A stretch of 64,000 bases of DNA from NCBI GenBank assembly GCA_963754925.1, contig CAVWHX010000003.1:352001-416000 (forward strand), written 5' to 3'. Position 1 is the first letter of the stretch. Every line of letters begins with the position of its first letter. Under the pieces are notes generated by a model that worked only from the letters and a program-made list of their open reading frames with translations, ran no database searches and was not told the DNA's origin. Shown one piece after another: positions 9,737-20,540 of the stretch. The position numbers were made by a program, and so were the translations under genes. The stretch comes from an uncultured delta proteobacterium (GTDB taxonomy: Bacteria > Myxococcota > B64-G9).

Positions 9737-11899
9737 ATGAAGCTCAATCTTACCGCTAGGGATTTTCTGAAGCAGGTCAATGATTTTTTAAATGAAACCG
9801 GAACCGGATATCCGGGAATGAATATCAAAGTGAAGGATTTCATGCGGGCAGATCCCATTGCTTTGAAAGGAGATGCCAAGCTGTCCGATGCCATAAAAAT
9901 AATCGCTGAAAATAATATAGATACCGTGCCAATTGTTGATAACAACAGTGTCATTATCGGCGTCGTCACCCAGAAACTGGCCTTAAGAGAAATCAATAAG
10001 GGAGGCGCCCTGAGTACCTGCGTTCGCGATGTGATGAAAATCAATCCAGAGGTTACAACGCCTCAAGAGAACATTCTTCCTTTGCTTAAAATCCCCATCG
10101 GCAGCCTCCCCGTTGTGGAAGACGGACGAATTGCCGGCCTTGTTACCCTTTCGGATACCGTCCGGGCCTGCTTCAGTTCCGTGCTCATGCTGCATGAAGA
10201 ATTGCAGACGGTTCTCCAATCCGCCCATAGCGGTATTATCTCTGTCGATAAAGATCTTCATATCCAGATTATCAATGCCGCCGGAAAGCGAATGTTGAAT
10301 CTATCAACTAAAAACATCGTGGGACAGTCCATACCGAATATTGATCTGGCCCTGAAAATGAAGGACGTCATGGATACAGGCCAGACCGTATTCGGCGACA
10401 AGCTTTTTTTTCATGACAGAATTCTGATAACCAACATCAGTCAATTAAGGCATAAAAATGAAGCAGTCGGCGCCGTCGCCATTATCCAGGATATTTCTGA
10501 TTTTGAAAACATATCGGAAGAATTGAAATATACGAAAGAATTGAAAGGGGAACTGGATACCATCATCGAATCGTCCTTTGACGGCATCTACCTGACGGAC
10601 AATTTTGGAAAAATTCTACGTATAAACGATGCATTTGTGCGGATCACGGGCATTAAAAAAGAAGAATTGATCCAAAAAACCATGAAGGAGCTCTTTGAGG
10701 GCGGCATATTCAAACAGGATATCCCCCTCCTTGATATTCTCAAGGGCGAGCCCATCACCATTTCACAAGAAGTCAACACCGGAAAAACCATCCTGGTGAC
10801 GAGCAGTCCGATTCCGGACGATCATAGCAATATTATTCGGATTGTGCATAATGTCCGCGACATAACGGAGTTAAACCGTCTCAAAAAACAGCTGGAGAAG
10901 GCTGAAAACGAAAGTCAACATTATAAAGAACAATTGCAGATCATGAAATCAAACAAATACATCGCCAAATCGCAGAAATCAAAAGACTTGATCAAGCTTG
11001 TCCTAAATCTCAGCAAAATAGATGTGACGGTACTACTCCTCGGCGAATCGGGCGTCGGCAAGGATGTCATTGCCGAGATGCTCCACGAAAATAGTCTCAG
11101 AAAAGAAAGGCCCATGATTGCTATTAATTGTGCTGCAATTCCCGAGAATCTCATGGAATCGGAGCTATTCGGATACGAACCAGGCGCGTTTACTGGTGCA
11201 AACAAAAAAGGAAAAAACGGCGCGTTTGAAACGGCAAATGGCGGAACGATTTTTTTGGACGAAATCGGTGAAATGCCTCTGGCACTGCAATCTAAGCTCT
11301 TACGGACGATTCAAAAAAAAGAAATCGTAAAACTGGGAGGGAATACGCTTACGAAAATCGATGTCCGCATCATCGCCGCCACCAATCGCGACCTCTGGGA
11401 CATGGTGACGCAGAACCTTTTCCGTAAAGATCTTTTTTATCGGCTGAATGTCATGCCGATCACGATTCCTCCTCTGCGGGAAAGAAAAGAGGAAATTCCT
11501 GATTTAGTCTTTCATTTTACCCAACTGTTCAATAAGAAATATGACCTGAACAAGCGTTTCGATGAAAGAATCTTTCCTGAATTATTGAAATATGATTGGC
11601 CCGGTAACATACGAGAACTAGAGAACATTGTTGAACGAAGTATGATTACCTGTCCCGATGACTTGATTGATCATATAGAACTTGCTGATTTTAACGGTAA
11701 TGAGTCCCAAAATGACCTACCGGACTATATCCAGGAAATGAAATATAAACCTGCCGTAGAGCATTTTGAAAAAGGAATCATTCTCAATGCCTTGCGGGAA
11801 TTCGGTACGACGAGAAAGGCCGCCGCCCATTTGGGAATCAGCCAATCGGCTCTCGTGCGTAAGGTGGCAAAATACAAGCTGACTTACAACCACACCTAA
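9737..11899 (+). CDS. Sigma54-dependent activator, CBS pair-PAS-PAS-AAA+-HTH
   Basis: GESGVGKD, ESELFG, GAFTGA, LDEIGE, WPGNIREL; N-terminal CBS pair; C-terminal HTH. Confidence 0.92.
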   Translation: MKLNLTARDFLKQVNDFLNETGTGYPGMNIKVKDFMRADPIALKGDAKLSDAIKIIAENNIDTVPIVDNNSVIIGVVTQKLALREINKGGALSTCVRDVMKINPEVTTPQENILPLLKIPIGSLPVVEDGRIAGLVTLSDTVRACFSSVLMLHEELQTVLQSAHSGIISVDKDLHIQIINAAGKRMLNLSTKNIVGQSIPNIDLALKMKDVMDTGQTVFGDKLFFHDRILITNISQLRHKNEAVGAVAIIQDISDFENISEELKYTKELKGELDTIIESSFDGIYLTDNFGKILRINDAFVRITGIKKEELIQKTMKELFEGGIFKQDIPLLDILKGEPITISQEVNTGKTILVTSSPIPDDHSNIIRIVHNVRDITELNRLKKQLEKAENESQHYKEQLQIMKSNKYIAKSQKSKDLIKLVLNLSKIDVTVLLLGESGVGKDVIAEMLHENSLRKERPMIAINCAAIPENLMESELFGYEPGAFTGANKKGKNGAFETANGGTIFLDEIGEMPLALQSKLLRTIQKKEIVKLGGNTLTKIDVRIIAATNRDLWDMVTQNLFRKDLFYRLNVMPITIPPLRERKEEIPDLVFHFTQLFNKKYDLNKRFDERIFPELLKYDWPGNIRELENIVERSMITCPDDLIDHIELADFNGNESQNDLPDYIQEMKYKPAVEHFEKGIILNALREFGTTRKAAAHLGISQSALVRKVAKYKLTYNHT

Positions 11900-12010
11900 C
11901 GGACGGTTGCATGATTGAAAACTCTTGATTGACTATACTTTCCCGTTTGCTCACATCAAATGGGAATAAGATAGCGGAAGATTCGAACCGCATAGAATGA
12001 TTAATGACCT

Positions 12011-12574
12011 TCATTCTGTTTCAATAACAAATTCATGATAGGGAGCTCCAGTGTGCATACATTGGGTCTCCTGAATCTTTATTACCTTGTACCCTAGGCC
12101 CTTCATAGTTGTGGACATCCACCCTTCCAACAAACGGCAATGGTTTACGTTCATTTCCGGGAAGTCATTAAGACGATACACTGTTTTTTTGGGCGAATAA
12201 CTTACGACGACAAATTCACCGGCATTTCGATAATATCTCGACCAAATGATACCGCAATTACGGATAAACCGTTCGGGGTTTTCAATCGACTTATATACCA
12301 CAAAAGTCGATTCCAGGTCCTTCTCTCCGGAGAGCTCTCCCAGGATACGGCAATAATTGGGATCACCCTTGCCAAATCGGGCTTGCACGGCCTCGAGAAG
12401 TCGGCCGAACGCTGCATAGGGATACCATTCTAACAATGCAATTTTTTCTGAAAATAATTCCTTGGTCGACTCACCAGCTGTGGTGACGATCTCGTCGACC
12501 ACCTTGTCGCCATATTTCGCCTTAATGTAGGCAATCACCCCCAAAAAAGCTTTCCCCGATGCTTCTGCTGCCAT
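12011..12574 (-). CDS. Hypothetical protein, DUF2378/V4R-like
   Basis: WYP motif, WSRYY, EGW and C-terminal CMHTGAPYHEF resemble the myxobacterial DUF2378/V4R-type fold. Confidence 0.5.
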   Translation of the reverse strand: MAAEASGKAFLGVIAYIKAKYGDKVVDEIVTTAGESTKELFSEKIALLEWYPYAAFGRLLEAVQARFGKGDPNYCRILGELSGEKDLESTFVVYKSIENPERFIRNCGIIWSRYYRNAGEFVVVSYSPKKTVYRLNDFPEMNVNHCRLLEGWMSTTMKGLGYKVIKIQETQCMHTGAPYHEFVIETE

Positions 12575-12751
12575 AATTTTATTCCTTATATAAGGATAAC
12601 AACCTCGTGTTCAGACCTTTATTTTAGTCGTTCATCATCAGGTTGGCAAGAATCAAGTCAGGCGGGACCTGTCGCCAAAGGTGGCGTTTTTCGCTCATGT
12701 CGATCAGATTCAGGAAGCCAACGAGCGAATCGGAAAGGAAGTCGAAATACG

Positions 12752-15700
12752 TCAGTTGGATTCTTTACCGCGCAAGTGGTTGATGAGCTGCTGGCTTACC
12801 AATGGCACCACGTCCCGCACCATATGCGGCATGAGGTTGCCCATGACCTTGGGCATTATCTCCGGCATCTGCTCGAGCATGTAGCCCGGCATGGGCACCA
12901 ACTTTGCGACCCGTTCGAGAATCGCCGGCATGAGCTTCGGCATCATCAGGGGCAACAGTCTCGGAAACAGGAACGGAAAGAGCGGTTTCATAAGCGACAG
13001 CACGCCCGGTATCTTGCCGAAAAAGCGCATCATACCGCCCATCCCAAAGGGCATGGCAGCCACCATCTCCGGCCACATGCTGGCCATCAACCCGGCAAAA
13101 CCTTGGGGGGTCATCAGGGCGATCATGGCCTCGAACACCGCCCATTGTTTTTTTACCTCAGGATTCGGGTCGGGAAAGGTATACCCCAACGCCGACGCTG
13201 CGTAACGCGCCAGGTCCACCACTTCAAGGGGCATATTTTTCTTATCGGCCGAGACGCGTAGCTGAAATTCACAACACGGACAGAGCGCCAGCACCTTCTT
13301 GACGCCGGCCGTAACGGCCTCATCCAGCCGAATCTTGCCAACTTCGTGAGCCACGAGCGGGTCCTTTATCAACGTGAGAACGCTTCCGCAGCAGTGACCG
13401 CGCTCGCGATTGTGGCTCATTTCAACGAGCTGGGTGTTCGGAACCGCCCGGATAAGTTCCCGTGGCGGTTCATACACGCCGGAAGCTCTGCCGATATGAC
13501 AGGAATCATGCCAGGTCACGACTTCGGACGCGCCTTGTTTGGCGGGAAACGTGAACTCCCCCGAACGGATTTTCTCGCTCACCACTTCGCTGTAATGCTT
13601 GGTCGTTATCCCAAACTCGAGGCCCAATTTCTTCGCCCAGGCAGGGTAGACATGCCGCCACATCATGTCGCACGCCGGACACGAGGTCACCACCGTATCG
13701 GCGCCCGCCTCTTTCACGGCCTGGATGTTCTTGCGCAGGGTGGCTTCGAATAACTTCCACTTACCCGCTACCAGTATGGGAGTGCCGCAGCAGCTTTCTT
13801 TCTCGCCCAAGTAACTGAAATCCATCCCGGCCGCATCAAGAAGACGAATGCTGGCCATGCCGATGTCGTGCTCGACATAACTGGCGGTGCATCCGGCAAA
13901 GTAGACGGTTTTGGATTTGTGCTGGGGCCCGTGTTTTTCTAAGAGATCGGGGCAAAACCAGTTGGATCGATCTTTACGGTAACCCGCCCAAATGTCCCCC
14001 TCCTTCTTCAGTGCCTCGGCCATCATCTCAAAGGGAGGAAACGTCATCATGCCCTTTTCTTGAATCAACAAGCCACGCAGCTTCATCCAGGACGGTTCAA
14101 TCGGTAGAGCAGCCGAGCAGCGCAGATTGCACAACTCACAGGTGGTGCAAACCAGAAAGGTGTCCACCATAAACTGATTCCATTCCGCGCGACCCTCCAG
14201 GTACTCTCTGAGCCAATACCACTTGCCGCGAGGGGTTTGGCTCTCCCAGCCGCGCCCGTAGAACTGGTCGCACTCCTCGATGCAATAGCCGCATTGCGAA
14301 CAACCGTAGGCATACCAGACCACATCGGCGGGAATATCCCGCTTGGCTTTTTCCGGTCTCTCGCCGATTTTGGATATCACCTGATTGCCGAACGGTCGTA
14401 TCAGGGGTTCGAACACCCCAGCCACGCTGAGGGCGGTCCCAACCGTGCGGTTGCGGATGACTTTGCCGGGATTCAAAATGCCCCGGGGGTCGGTTTCCTG
14501 CTTGAAAGACTTCAACCGACGAAGTCGTTCCTCCCCGAGCACCTCCTTGGCCTTTCCCGCAAAATAAATACCGGTGGCGTAGGGCCTGCCGCCGTTTTTC
14601 TCGGCGATTTTCAAAATGGTCAGCACCAGACTAAACACAAAGTTATACTTGAATTTTCGCTGATCGCTGGGGATGAATCCCAGAATCACGACCTCCGGTT
14701 GGCCGGTAAGGCCGTTCCGTATGACCACGCCCTCCTTGACCACGGGTTGATGCACCTTTCTCTCAATTTGCGTCAACACATCACCCAAGGCGGTCAACGG
14801 GATCACCACCTCGGCCGGAACGAGGCTAGGTCCGAGGCGCTTGACCACCATCAGTTTGAAGCGATGTTTCCATTCATGCTGGGCGATGCGATCGTCCAAG
14901 ATCTCTCCCTCGCAGGGTTTGAGAATATCGTTCATCTTGGATCTAATGCTCTGGCTGTCTTTCTTCCTATACGCCAAAACCGTAATGTACGCGGCGGGCA
15001 GCAACACGCGTTCTTCTATCGGGTGGCCGTTATGCTCCATCAACGGTGCCCGATTTTTCATCTCGGCCATGCGCGGATTGATAAAGACCAACGACCAGAT
15101 GGGCAGCTTCTCGCTGATCATGCTTTGAACCATCCGCTGAACGTCGTAGGGATTGGGACAACCAACGGCCAGCAAGTCCAAGTCTTCCTTGGGCTGTACC
15201 CGCAGGGTTACCTCGCTGATCAAACCCGTGATTCCCTCGGCGTCTGCTATCAATCCCAGCTCGTTGCCGCCAAATTCGCGAACGTTTCCATTTGGCAGGA
15301 TCACCCGGGCCCCGACGACATTGTTGCTAAACCAACCAGCTTCGTAAGACCCAATGCCAGCGCCACCCTGAGCCAGCCAGCCGCCGACCGTGGAAGCAGG
15401 ATAGCTGGTCGGATACAGGCGCAAGGTGAGATGGTGCCGTTCGAGCGCCTGATCCAGCTTCTCCCACACTACCCCCGACTGAACCGTGGCCGTTTGAGCC
15501 TCAGTATCGACTCGAAGAACTTGATTCATGCGATAGAAATCAACGACGATGCCTTTGTTGATTGGCAGCACCCCGCCATAACCGGAGGATCCCTTTCCTC
15601 GCGGCGTCAACGGAACCCGGTGCGCGGCCGCCCACTGAACCAGGGCAACCAATTCCTCCTCTGTTTGCGGCTGGACCACGGCGTCAGGCGTCGTATCGCC

Positions 15701-15832
15701 TATCAAGGGCCTTACCAAACTTGGTACGGCCGCAATGTCGTGACTATAGAGTACGCGCTCGGTTTTGCTAAAATTAGCCCGGTTGCCGAAGCGCTCCTCA
15801 AGAAACGATCGGAGTTTTTGCTCGCTCATCAC
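12752..15832 (-). CDS. FAD-binding oxidoreductase fused to 2[4Fe-4S] and CCG domains (GlcD-GlcF-like)
   Basis: PRGKGSS, STVGGW, GAEGIT-like ADAEGITG and LNPGK; CSQCGYCIEEC, CTTCELCNLRC; SCCG and HCCG. Confidence 0.88.
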   Translation of the reverse strand: MMSEQKLRSFLEERFGNRANFSKTERVLYSHDIAAVPSLVRPLIGDTTPDAVVQPQTEEELVALVQWAAAHRVPLTPRGKGSSGYGGVLPINKGIVVDFYRMNQVLRVDTEAQTATVQSGVVWEKLDQALERHHLTLRLYPTSYPASTVGGWLAQGGAGIGSYEAGWFSNNVVGARVILPNGNVREFGGNELGLIADAEGITGLISEVTLRVQPKEDLDLLAVGCPNPYDVQRMVQSMISEKLPIWSLVFINPRMAEMKNRAPLMEHNGHPIEERVLLPAAYITVLAYRKKDSQSIRSKMNDILKPCEGEILDDRIAQHEWKHRFKLMVVKRLGPSLVPAEVVIPLTALGDVLTQIERKVHQPVVKEGVVIRNGLTGQPEVVILGFIPSDQRKFKYNFVFSLVLTILKIAEKNGGRPYATGIYFAGKAKEVLGEERLRRLKSFKQETDPRGILNPGKVIRNRTVGTALSVAGVFEPLIRPFGNQVISKIGERPEKAKRDIPADVVWYAYGCSQCGYCIEECDQFYGRGWESQTPRGKWYWLREYLEGRAEWNQFMVDTFLVCTTCELCNLRCSAALPIEPSWMKLRGLLIQEKGMMTFPPFEMMAEALKKEGDIWAGYRKDRSNWFCPDLLEKHGPQHKSKTVYFAGCTASYVEHDIGMASIRLLDAAGMDFSYLGEKESCCGTPILVAGKWKLFEATLRKNIQAVKEAGADTVVTSCPACDMMWRHVYPAWAKKLGLEFGITTKHYSEVVSEKIRSGEFTFPAKQGASEVVTWHDSCHIGRASGVYEPPRELIRAVPNTQLVEMSHNRERGHCCGSVLTLIKDPLVAHEVGKIRLDEAVTAGVKKVLALCPCCEFQLRVSADKKNMPLEVVDLARYAASALGYTFPDPNPEVKKQWAVFEAMIALMTPQGFAGLMASMWPEMVAAMPFGMGGMMRFFGKIPGVLSLMKPLFPFLFPRLLPLMMPKLMPAILERVAKLVPMPGYMLEQMPEIMPKVMGNLMPHMVRDVVPLVSQQLINHLRGKESN

Positions 15833-15963
15833 TACTCCTAACTTCGTCGACAGGTCGTTCGGGGTTCAAAAATGTTTTTAGGAAAAATTGCCCCGCCTAA
15901 CGTAAACGACGTTAGGCTTAGCATCTAGGCCATGTTTCAAGCATATAATAATAGGAAGTTTAT

Positions 15964-16002
15964 TATAATTGTCAATAGCAAAATTTGCTAATGACAATTA
16001 TA
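15964..16002. promoter_or_regulatory. 39-bp near-perfect palindrome, candidate operator
   Basis: TATAATTGTCA-A-TAGCAAA-A-TTTGCTA-A-TGACAATTATA upstream of the oxidoreductase. Confidence 0.5.
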
Positions 16003-16033
16003 TGTCGGGACCGTTCTTTTATGGAGTTATGCC

Positions 16034-16249
16034 TCATCTAACTCTTTTCTGTGTCCCTCCACGATCTCGAAGAAAGGCCTGGCAGCTGCGATCCCAAAGC
16101 GCCTCTCCTTCCGTACTGAAGAAGCAGCCAGGGATCTCACCACTCCTGCGGTGATAAAGGATACAGGCGCAGCAGTGGCCCCGGCGCTGGCAGGAGGCGT
16201 AGGTGCAGGTGCATTCCTTGAGATTTACATCCAACGTACATTCCTTCAT
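16034..16249 (-). CDS. Small Cys-rich protein (DUF6485-like)
   Basis: CTCTY..C.RRG.CC.CI.YH....EIPGCFF pattern; RBS-like GAGGGAG upstream. Confidence 0.75.
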   Translation of the reverse strand: MKECTLDVNLKECTCTYASCQRRGHCCACILYHRRSGEIPGCFFSTEGEALWDRSCQAFLRDRGGTQKRVR

Positions 16250-16370
16250 GTCTCCCTCTCGAATTCCTTAATACCGGCCAAGGATTTTCACATTGAATCA
16301 TAAGTGAAGTCAACCCAAGACGATATAAGTATTATTTTATCTCTCGGGGAGTGGATCACCCCGAGGAACA

Positions 16371-16527
16371 GGCACTGGGTCAGTTAGGGGCTGACGGGTA
16401 TTCGTCGAACGACACGCGACCGAAACATCATTAACCACCTATGATTATAGTGTTCGCTAAGTAAATGCAACCTGGGTGTAGACGGTCGCCTGCCGAACAC
16501 CCATCAGCCCCTAACTGACCCAGTACC
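16371..16527. mobile_element. MITE (157 bp, non-autonomous)
   Basis: 36-bp terminal inverted repeats with 4 mismatches (GGCACTGGGTCAGTTAGGGGCTGA...), flanked by the 8-bp direct repeat GAGGAACA (16363-16370, 16528-16535); no ORF. Confidence 0.88.
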
Positions 16528-16618
16528 GAGGAACAGATCCCTTTGACTTCGCCATTAAAATTCAGGAGAATACAGTTTCCGTTCCGTTTCCCGTCAGGAG
16601 AAGAGGACTATACGTCGA

Positions 16619-18592
16619 ATGATCCGGTTCTTCCGGCAAAACGTCGCGCGAAAAATTGCTTTTGTTGTAGGAACCTCCTGCGCGTTGATAACTCTGCTCG
16701 GGCTTATCTGGATGATTGAGCTGTTTCGCGCCGATGTTATCGACTATGCCCATCAGTCGTTCGAGAGCGTTGTTCGCGCTATGGAGGCAGGCTTCTCGTC
16801 AATTGATCAGGAGACCAAAACCCACCCTATCCCGCGTCTTCTTAATGACCTGTCTTCCCAAGAGGGAATCGAGGCCATCCGAGTATTTGATACCAACGGT
16901 AAGATTGTTTGGTCGCAGCAAATTGACGAGCCCGGTCAATACATTTCGCCCGAGCTCTTAGCCGAGTTTCGCAGCGGCCGCGGTGTGTTCCACGAGAGCG
17001 GCAGCCCGTTCAAATTAGGGAGCCTGCGACAGGTGCACACACGCTCCAACTGCGTCAGTTGCCATGGAGAACAGGGTGCGACGCCCGGAAGCCTCGTCGG
17101 CGGCATCTATATCGAGGCAAGCTACGTCCAGCTCAATGAAAAGGTCACCAGCTACTGGCGCTGGCAGATCGTCTCATCCCTGCTGTTGGTCGGTTTTGTG
17201 ACGGTGATGATCCTCCTCATCGTGCGCAGTTTCGTCGGACATCCTATCGAACAGCTCGGCCGTGCCATCGAAATCGCCAAAAAAGGAAACTACCAAGTCC
17301 GGGTCCAGATCGGAAGCGAAGACGAGCTCGGCAATCTTGGAAAGGAGTTCAACGACCTTCTCGTTCACCTCAACGAATTCCAGGCGTCCAAACGCACTAT
17401 CGACGTCGAACTCACCCTTGCCCAGAAAGAGCTCCAGTTCCAAGCCGAGTTGCAGGAGAAAAACCGCATTATCGAGGAAACCAACCTCAAACTAACCAAC
17501 CGGCTTGACGAACTGGCGCTGCTGTTTGACCTTAACCAAGCTCTGACCTCAACCTTGGATCTGGAACAGGTGCTCAATCTATTCAGTGAGATGATCGGGC
17601 AGACGCTCGGGTTCGAGGAGTTTACCATAGCGCTCCTCGACGAACGCCGGGAGCGCCTTGAAATCCGCCTGGACTATGGGTTGCAGGGTGCGCCTTCAAC
17701 CGTCGGAACGACCATCGACCCTCGACAGGGCCGTTTCTGCGAGGCGATTCGAACCGGCCGCTCCGTTCTGATCAACGACCTCTCCAGCGTGCCGCGCGAG
17801 GGAAACGACGTGCTGCTGCTGCCGGAAAAAGGTTCTTTTCTCGGACTACCCATCCGCTACAAGGATCGTATTATGGGGTTGCTGGCGTTTGGCCGGCCCC
17901 AAAATGACGCCTTTTCACCGGACGACACCAAGCTGCTCAACTCCGTGACCCAGCAGGCAGCGATGGCGATCCTGAATGCCCAGCTCTATCAAGAAAAACT
18001 CGACCTGAGCATTACCGACGAGCTGACGAAATTAGCCAATCGGCGGCACCTGCAAACCCGCCTCGAGCTTGAGTGGAACCGCGCCCACCGATTCGGGAGC
18101 CCGCTGTCCTTCCTGATGATCGATATCGACGAGTTCAAGCGCTACAACGACGTCAACGGTCATCTACTCGGAGACCAGGTTCTCGAAGGCGTCGCACAGG
18201 TGCTCAAGGCAAACACGCGCAAGGTCGATACGGTGGCGCGATTTGGCGGCGAAGAATTCGTGGTCATTCTGCCCGAGCAGAATAAGGAGTCGTCTTCCGG
18301 GGTGGCCGAAAAATTGCGTAAAGCCGTGGCCCGCACCCGATTCTCGCGCATGCAGAGCCAACCGACGGGCCACATCAGTGTCTCGATTGGGGTGGCCACG
18401 TATCCCGACGATGGCGAAGATCCCAAACTCGTCCTGGACCGCAGCGATCTGGCGCTCTATGTCGCCAAGCGCAGCGGCCGTAATCGGGTGGTCACCTATC
18501 AGCAATATATGGAGGACATTGACAAAGAGCGTCGCAAGGCTATGGCCGAACGAGCGCTCAAACGCCGGCACCGGCCTGCCGATCAAGCATGA
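16619..18592 (+). CDS. Membrane diguanylate cyclase: periplasmic CxxCH domain-HAMP-GAF-GGDEF
   Basis: Two TM helices flank CVSCH; DELG HAMP motif; DIDEFKRYND, RKVD I-site, GGEEF. Confidence 0.9.
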   Translation: MIRFFRQNVARKIAFVVGTSCALITLLGLIWMIELFRADVIDYAHQSFESVVRAMEAGFSSIDQETKTHPIPRLLNDLSSQEGIEAIRVFDTNGKIVWSQQIDEPGQYISPELLAEFRSGRGVFHESGSPFKLGSLRQVHTRSNCVSCHGEQGATPGSLVGGIYIEASYVQLNEKVTSYWRWQIVSSLLLVGFVTVMILLIVRSFVGHPIEQLGRAIEIAKKGNYQVRVQIGSEDELGNLGKEFNDLLVHLNEFQASKRTIDVELTLAQKELQFQAELQEKNRIIEETNLKLTNRLDELALLFDLNQALTSTLDLEQVLNLFSEMIGQTLGFEEFTIALLDERRERLEIRLDYGLQGAPSTVGTTIDPRQGRFCEAIRTGRSVLINDLSSVPREGNDVLLLPEKGSFLGLPIRYKDRIMGLLAFGRPQNDAFSPDDTKLLNSVTQQAAMAILNAQLYQEKLDLSITDELTKLANRRHLQTRLELEWNRAHRFGSPLSFLMIDIDEFKRYNDVNGHLLGDQVLEGVAQVLKANTRKVDTVARFGGEEFVVILPEQNKESSSGVAEKLRKAVARTRFSRMQSQPTGHISVSIGVATYPDDGEDPKLVLDRSDLALYVAKRSGRNRVVTYQQYMEDIDKERRKAMAERALKRRHRPADQA

Positions 18593-18697
18593 TCATTTTT
18601 TTGGTGCATGAGACCGCCGGAGGATATATACCATTACTTCCTAAAAGTGGGTTTTTGGATTAATTGGCCATGATCAGCAATCGGAAGGAGCTCCTCA

Positions 18698-20540
18698 ATG
18701 AAGGCACGGATCGCGTTCGGATTGATTGGCATAGCGGTAGGTTTCTGCGTTCTCTTCTCTTGTTCAAAAAAGGAAGCTCAGGGAACCGCAGATAAACCCC
18801 TGTCCGGCGCCGCCGACGTTGTGCCGCTGGAGAAAATCAGTCTACCCGAGAACGTCATCGCCTTACTGACCATCGCAAAACCGCAGGAACTGATGCAAAA
18901 GCTGGAGGCGCTCGCAGCCCTGGTATCACCGACGCCGCCCGGGACGCTCGCGAATATGATCAGCAATGGACTCTTCCGCGCGGGGATGAAAGATCCAACG
19001 GTGGTAGACCTCGTAGGCCCGGTGGCGCTCGCCATGCTCAACCCGAAAATTTTTAAAGACCCGTCCCTGGCAATCCTCACCGTGAAGGGCGAGGATGCGG
19101 TTTTGGCGTCGCTGCAACCGGCCTGGAAGCACCAGGGGGTCAAGGACGGCATTCATGAACTCTCGCGCGATGTCACCGATACCTACCAAGCTTTCAGCAA
19201 CGATAACGAGAGCGCGCAGCCGAAAAGGATCCAATATCTCTACCTTAAAATTTCTAGGAAAAGTAATGGTGGCGAGCGGGCAGCGGGAAGCTCTCAACGT
19301 CGATCTGAACGCGCTTAACAAGCTCGCTGCATCCTCTGAACCCACGGGGGCACAACTTATCGTGCTCGTCGATCGCCTTCGAGAGATCAACAAGACGGAG
19401 CTCGCTGCGGCTCAGCCTGCCGCACAAGCAGCAATAATGAATAGCTTGGAGCGATCGGGCATGAAACCGTCCCCGCAAACCGAGGCCTTGGCAGCTTGGT
19501 GCACCGGAAAGATGTTTTCGGCGGTTAATCAACTGCGCGATCTCAGGATTGCCCTTTCGGCACGTGATGATGCGCTTATCGGCCAGGTGTACCTAACGCC
19601 GGAGAACGGCTCCTTCTTTAGCAACGTTCTCGCTGCCCAGGCACATAAACCGTTGCATTTGGTCTCGGTCCTGCCGCCAACGCAACTTCTGGCGCTTGCG
19701 GCAAATGTGCAGTGGAAGCCTTTTAAAAATGACATCAAAGACTTGGCCGTGAATTTATTGCAGTCGTTGCTCAAAGCTCCTCCCTCGCCAGAGTGGCTGT
19801 CCGCGATCGATGACCTGTTGGCATCTCTCGGCGATGAACTGGTGGCATCCGAGGACATCGAAAATAAAAAAATTCACTTTACAGAAGTTTTCGAGGTTAC
19901 GGACGAAACCCGCGCCCAGGAAGCGTTGCCTAAAATAATGCTGCTGATCCAAAAACTGAGCGGAACCGGTTCCCCCGTGGCATACACCATCAGTGGCCCC
20001 AAGCCCCTTTCCCCCTATGCGGGGGTCGGGCTGAAGGCGTTTGAGATATCGTTTGACACTAAAATAGCATCCGCGAAGAAGGCTAAAGTGGTCAAACAAT
20101 TATATGGGGACAAATTTACCCTGGTTTATGGCGTGTTCGATAACCTGATGGGGATCGCTATCGGTGAAAATGCCGAAGCTGAAATGCACCAGTTGATAGA
20201 CCGCGTGCGCAAACATTCCGGAGAACTGCCGGTTGCCTTGAGGAACGCGGGCGGCGATATGCTTGCGGACGCGGGCGGCTTTCTGTTCCTTTCGGTGACC
20301 CGAGCCATAACCGGCACGATGCAGGCACTCGGTCAGCAGGCGCCCGTGACTCAGGGTACCAAGCCGCCGTCGGGAGTATTCGCGCGTTTCGGGTCGAGCC
20401 CGGAGCGGTTTACCATGACGCTGCGACTGCCCGCCGATCACCTCAAGGAAGTGAGCGAGACCATGCAAGCCCTGATTCAGGCTTCAATCGTGAAAAGCAT
20501 TGGGAATCAGGGAATAGCACCACCAAGCAAAGAAAAATAA
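18698..20540 (+). CDS. Hypothetical lipoprotein with a +1 frameshift at AAAA 19247-19250
   Basis: Lipobox LFSC; removing one A joins ...YLYLK to FLGKVMVASGQ... of ORF 19095..20540. Confidence 0.7.

Noticed and set aside
14237..15841. Long antisense ORFs (this 534-aa one; also 495..1229, 1326..2480, 36049..37071, 55214..56068)
   Set aside because: They overlap well-supported genes on the other strand and carry no motifs
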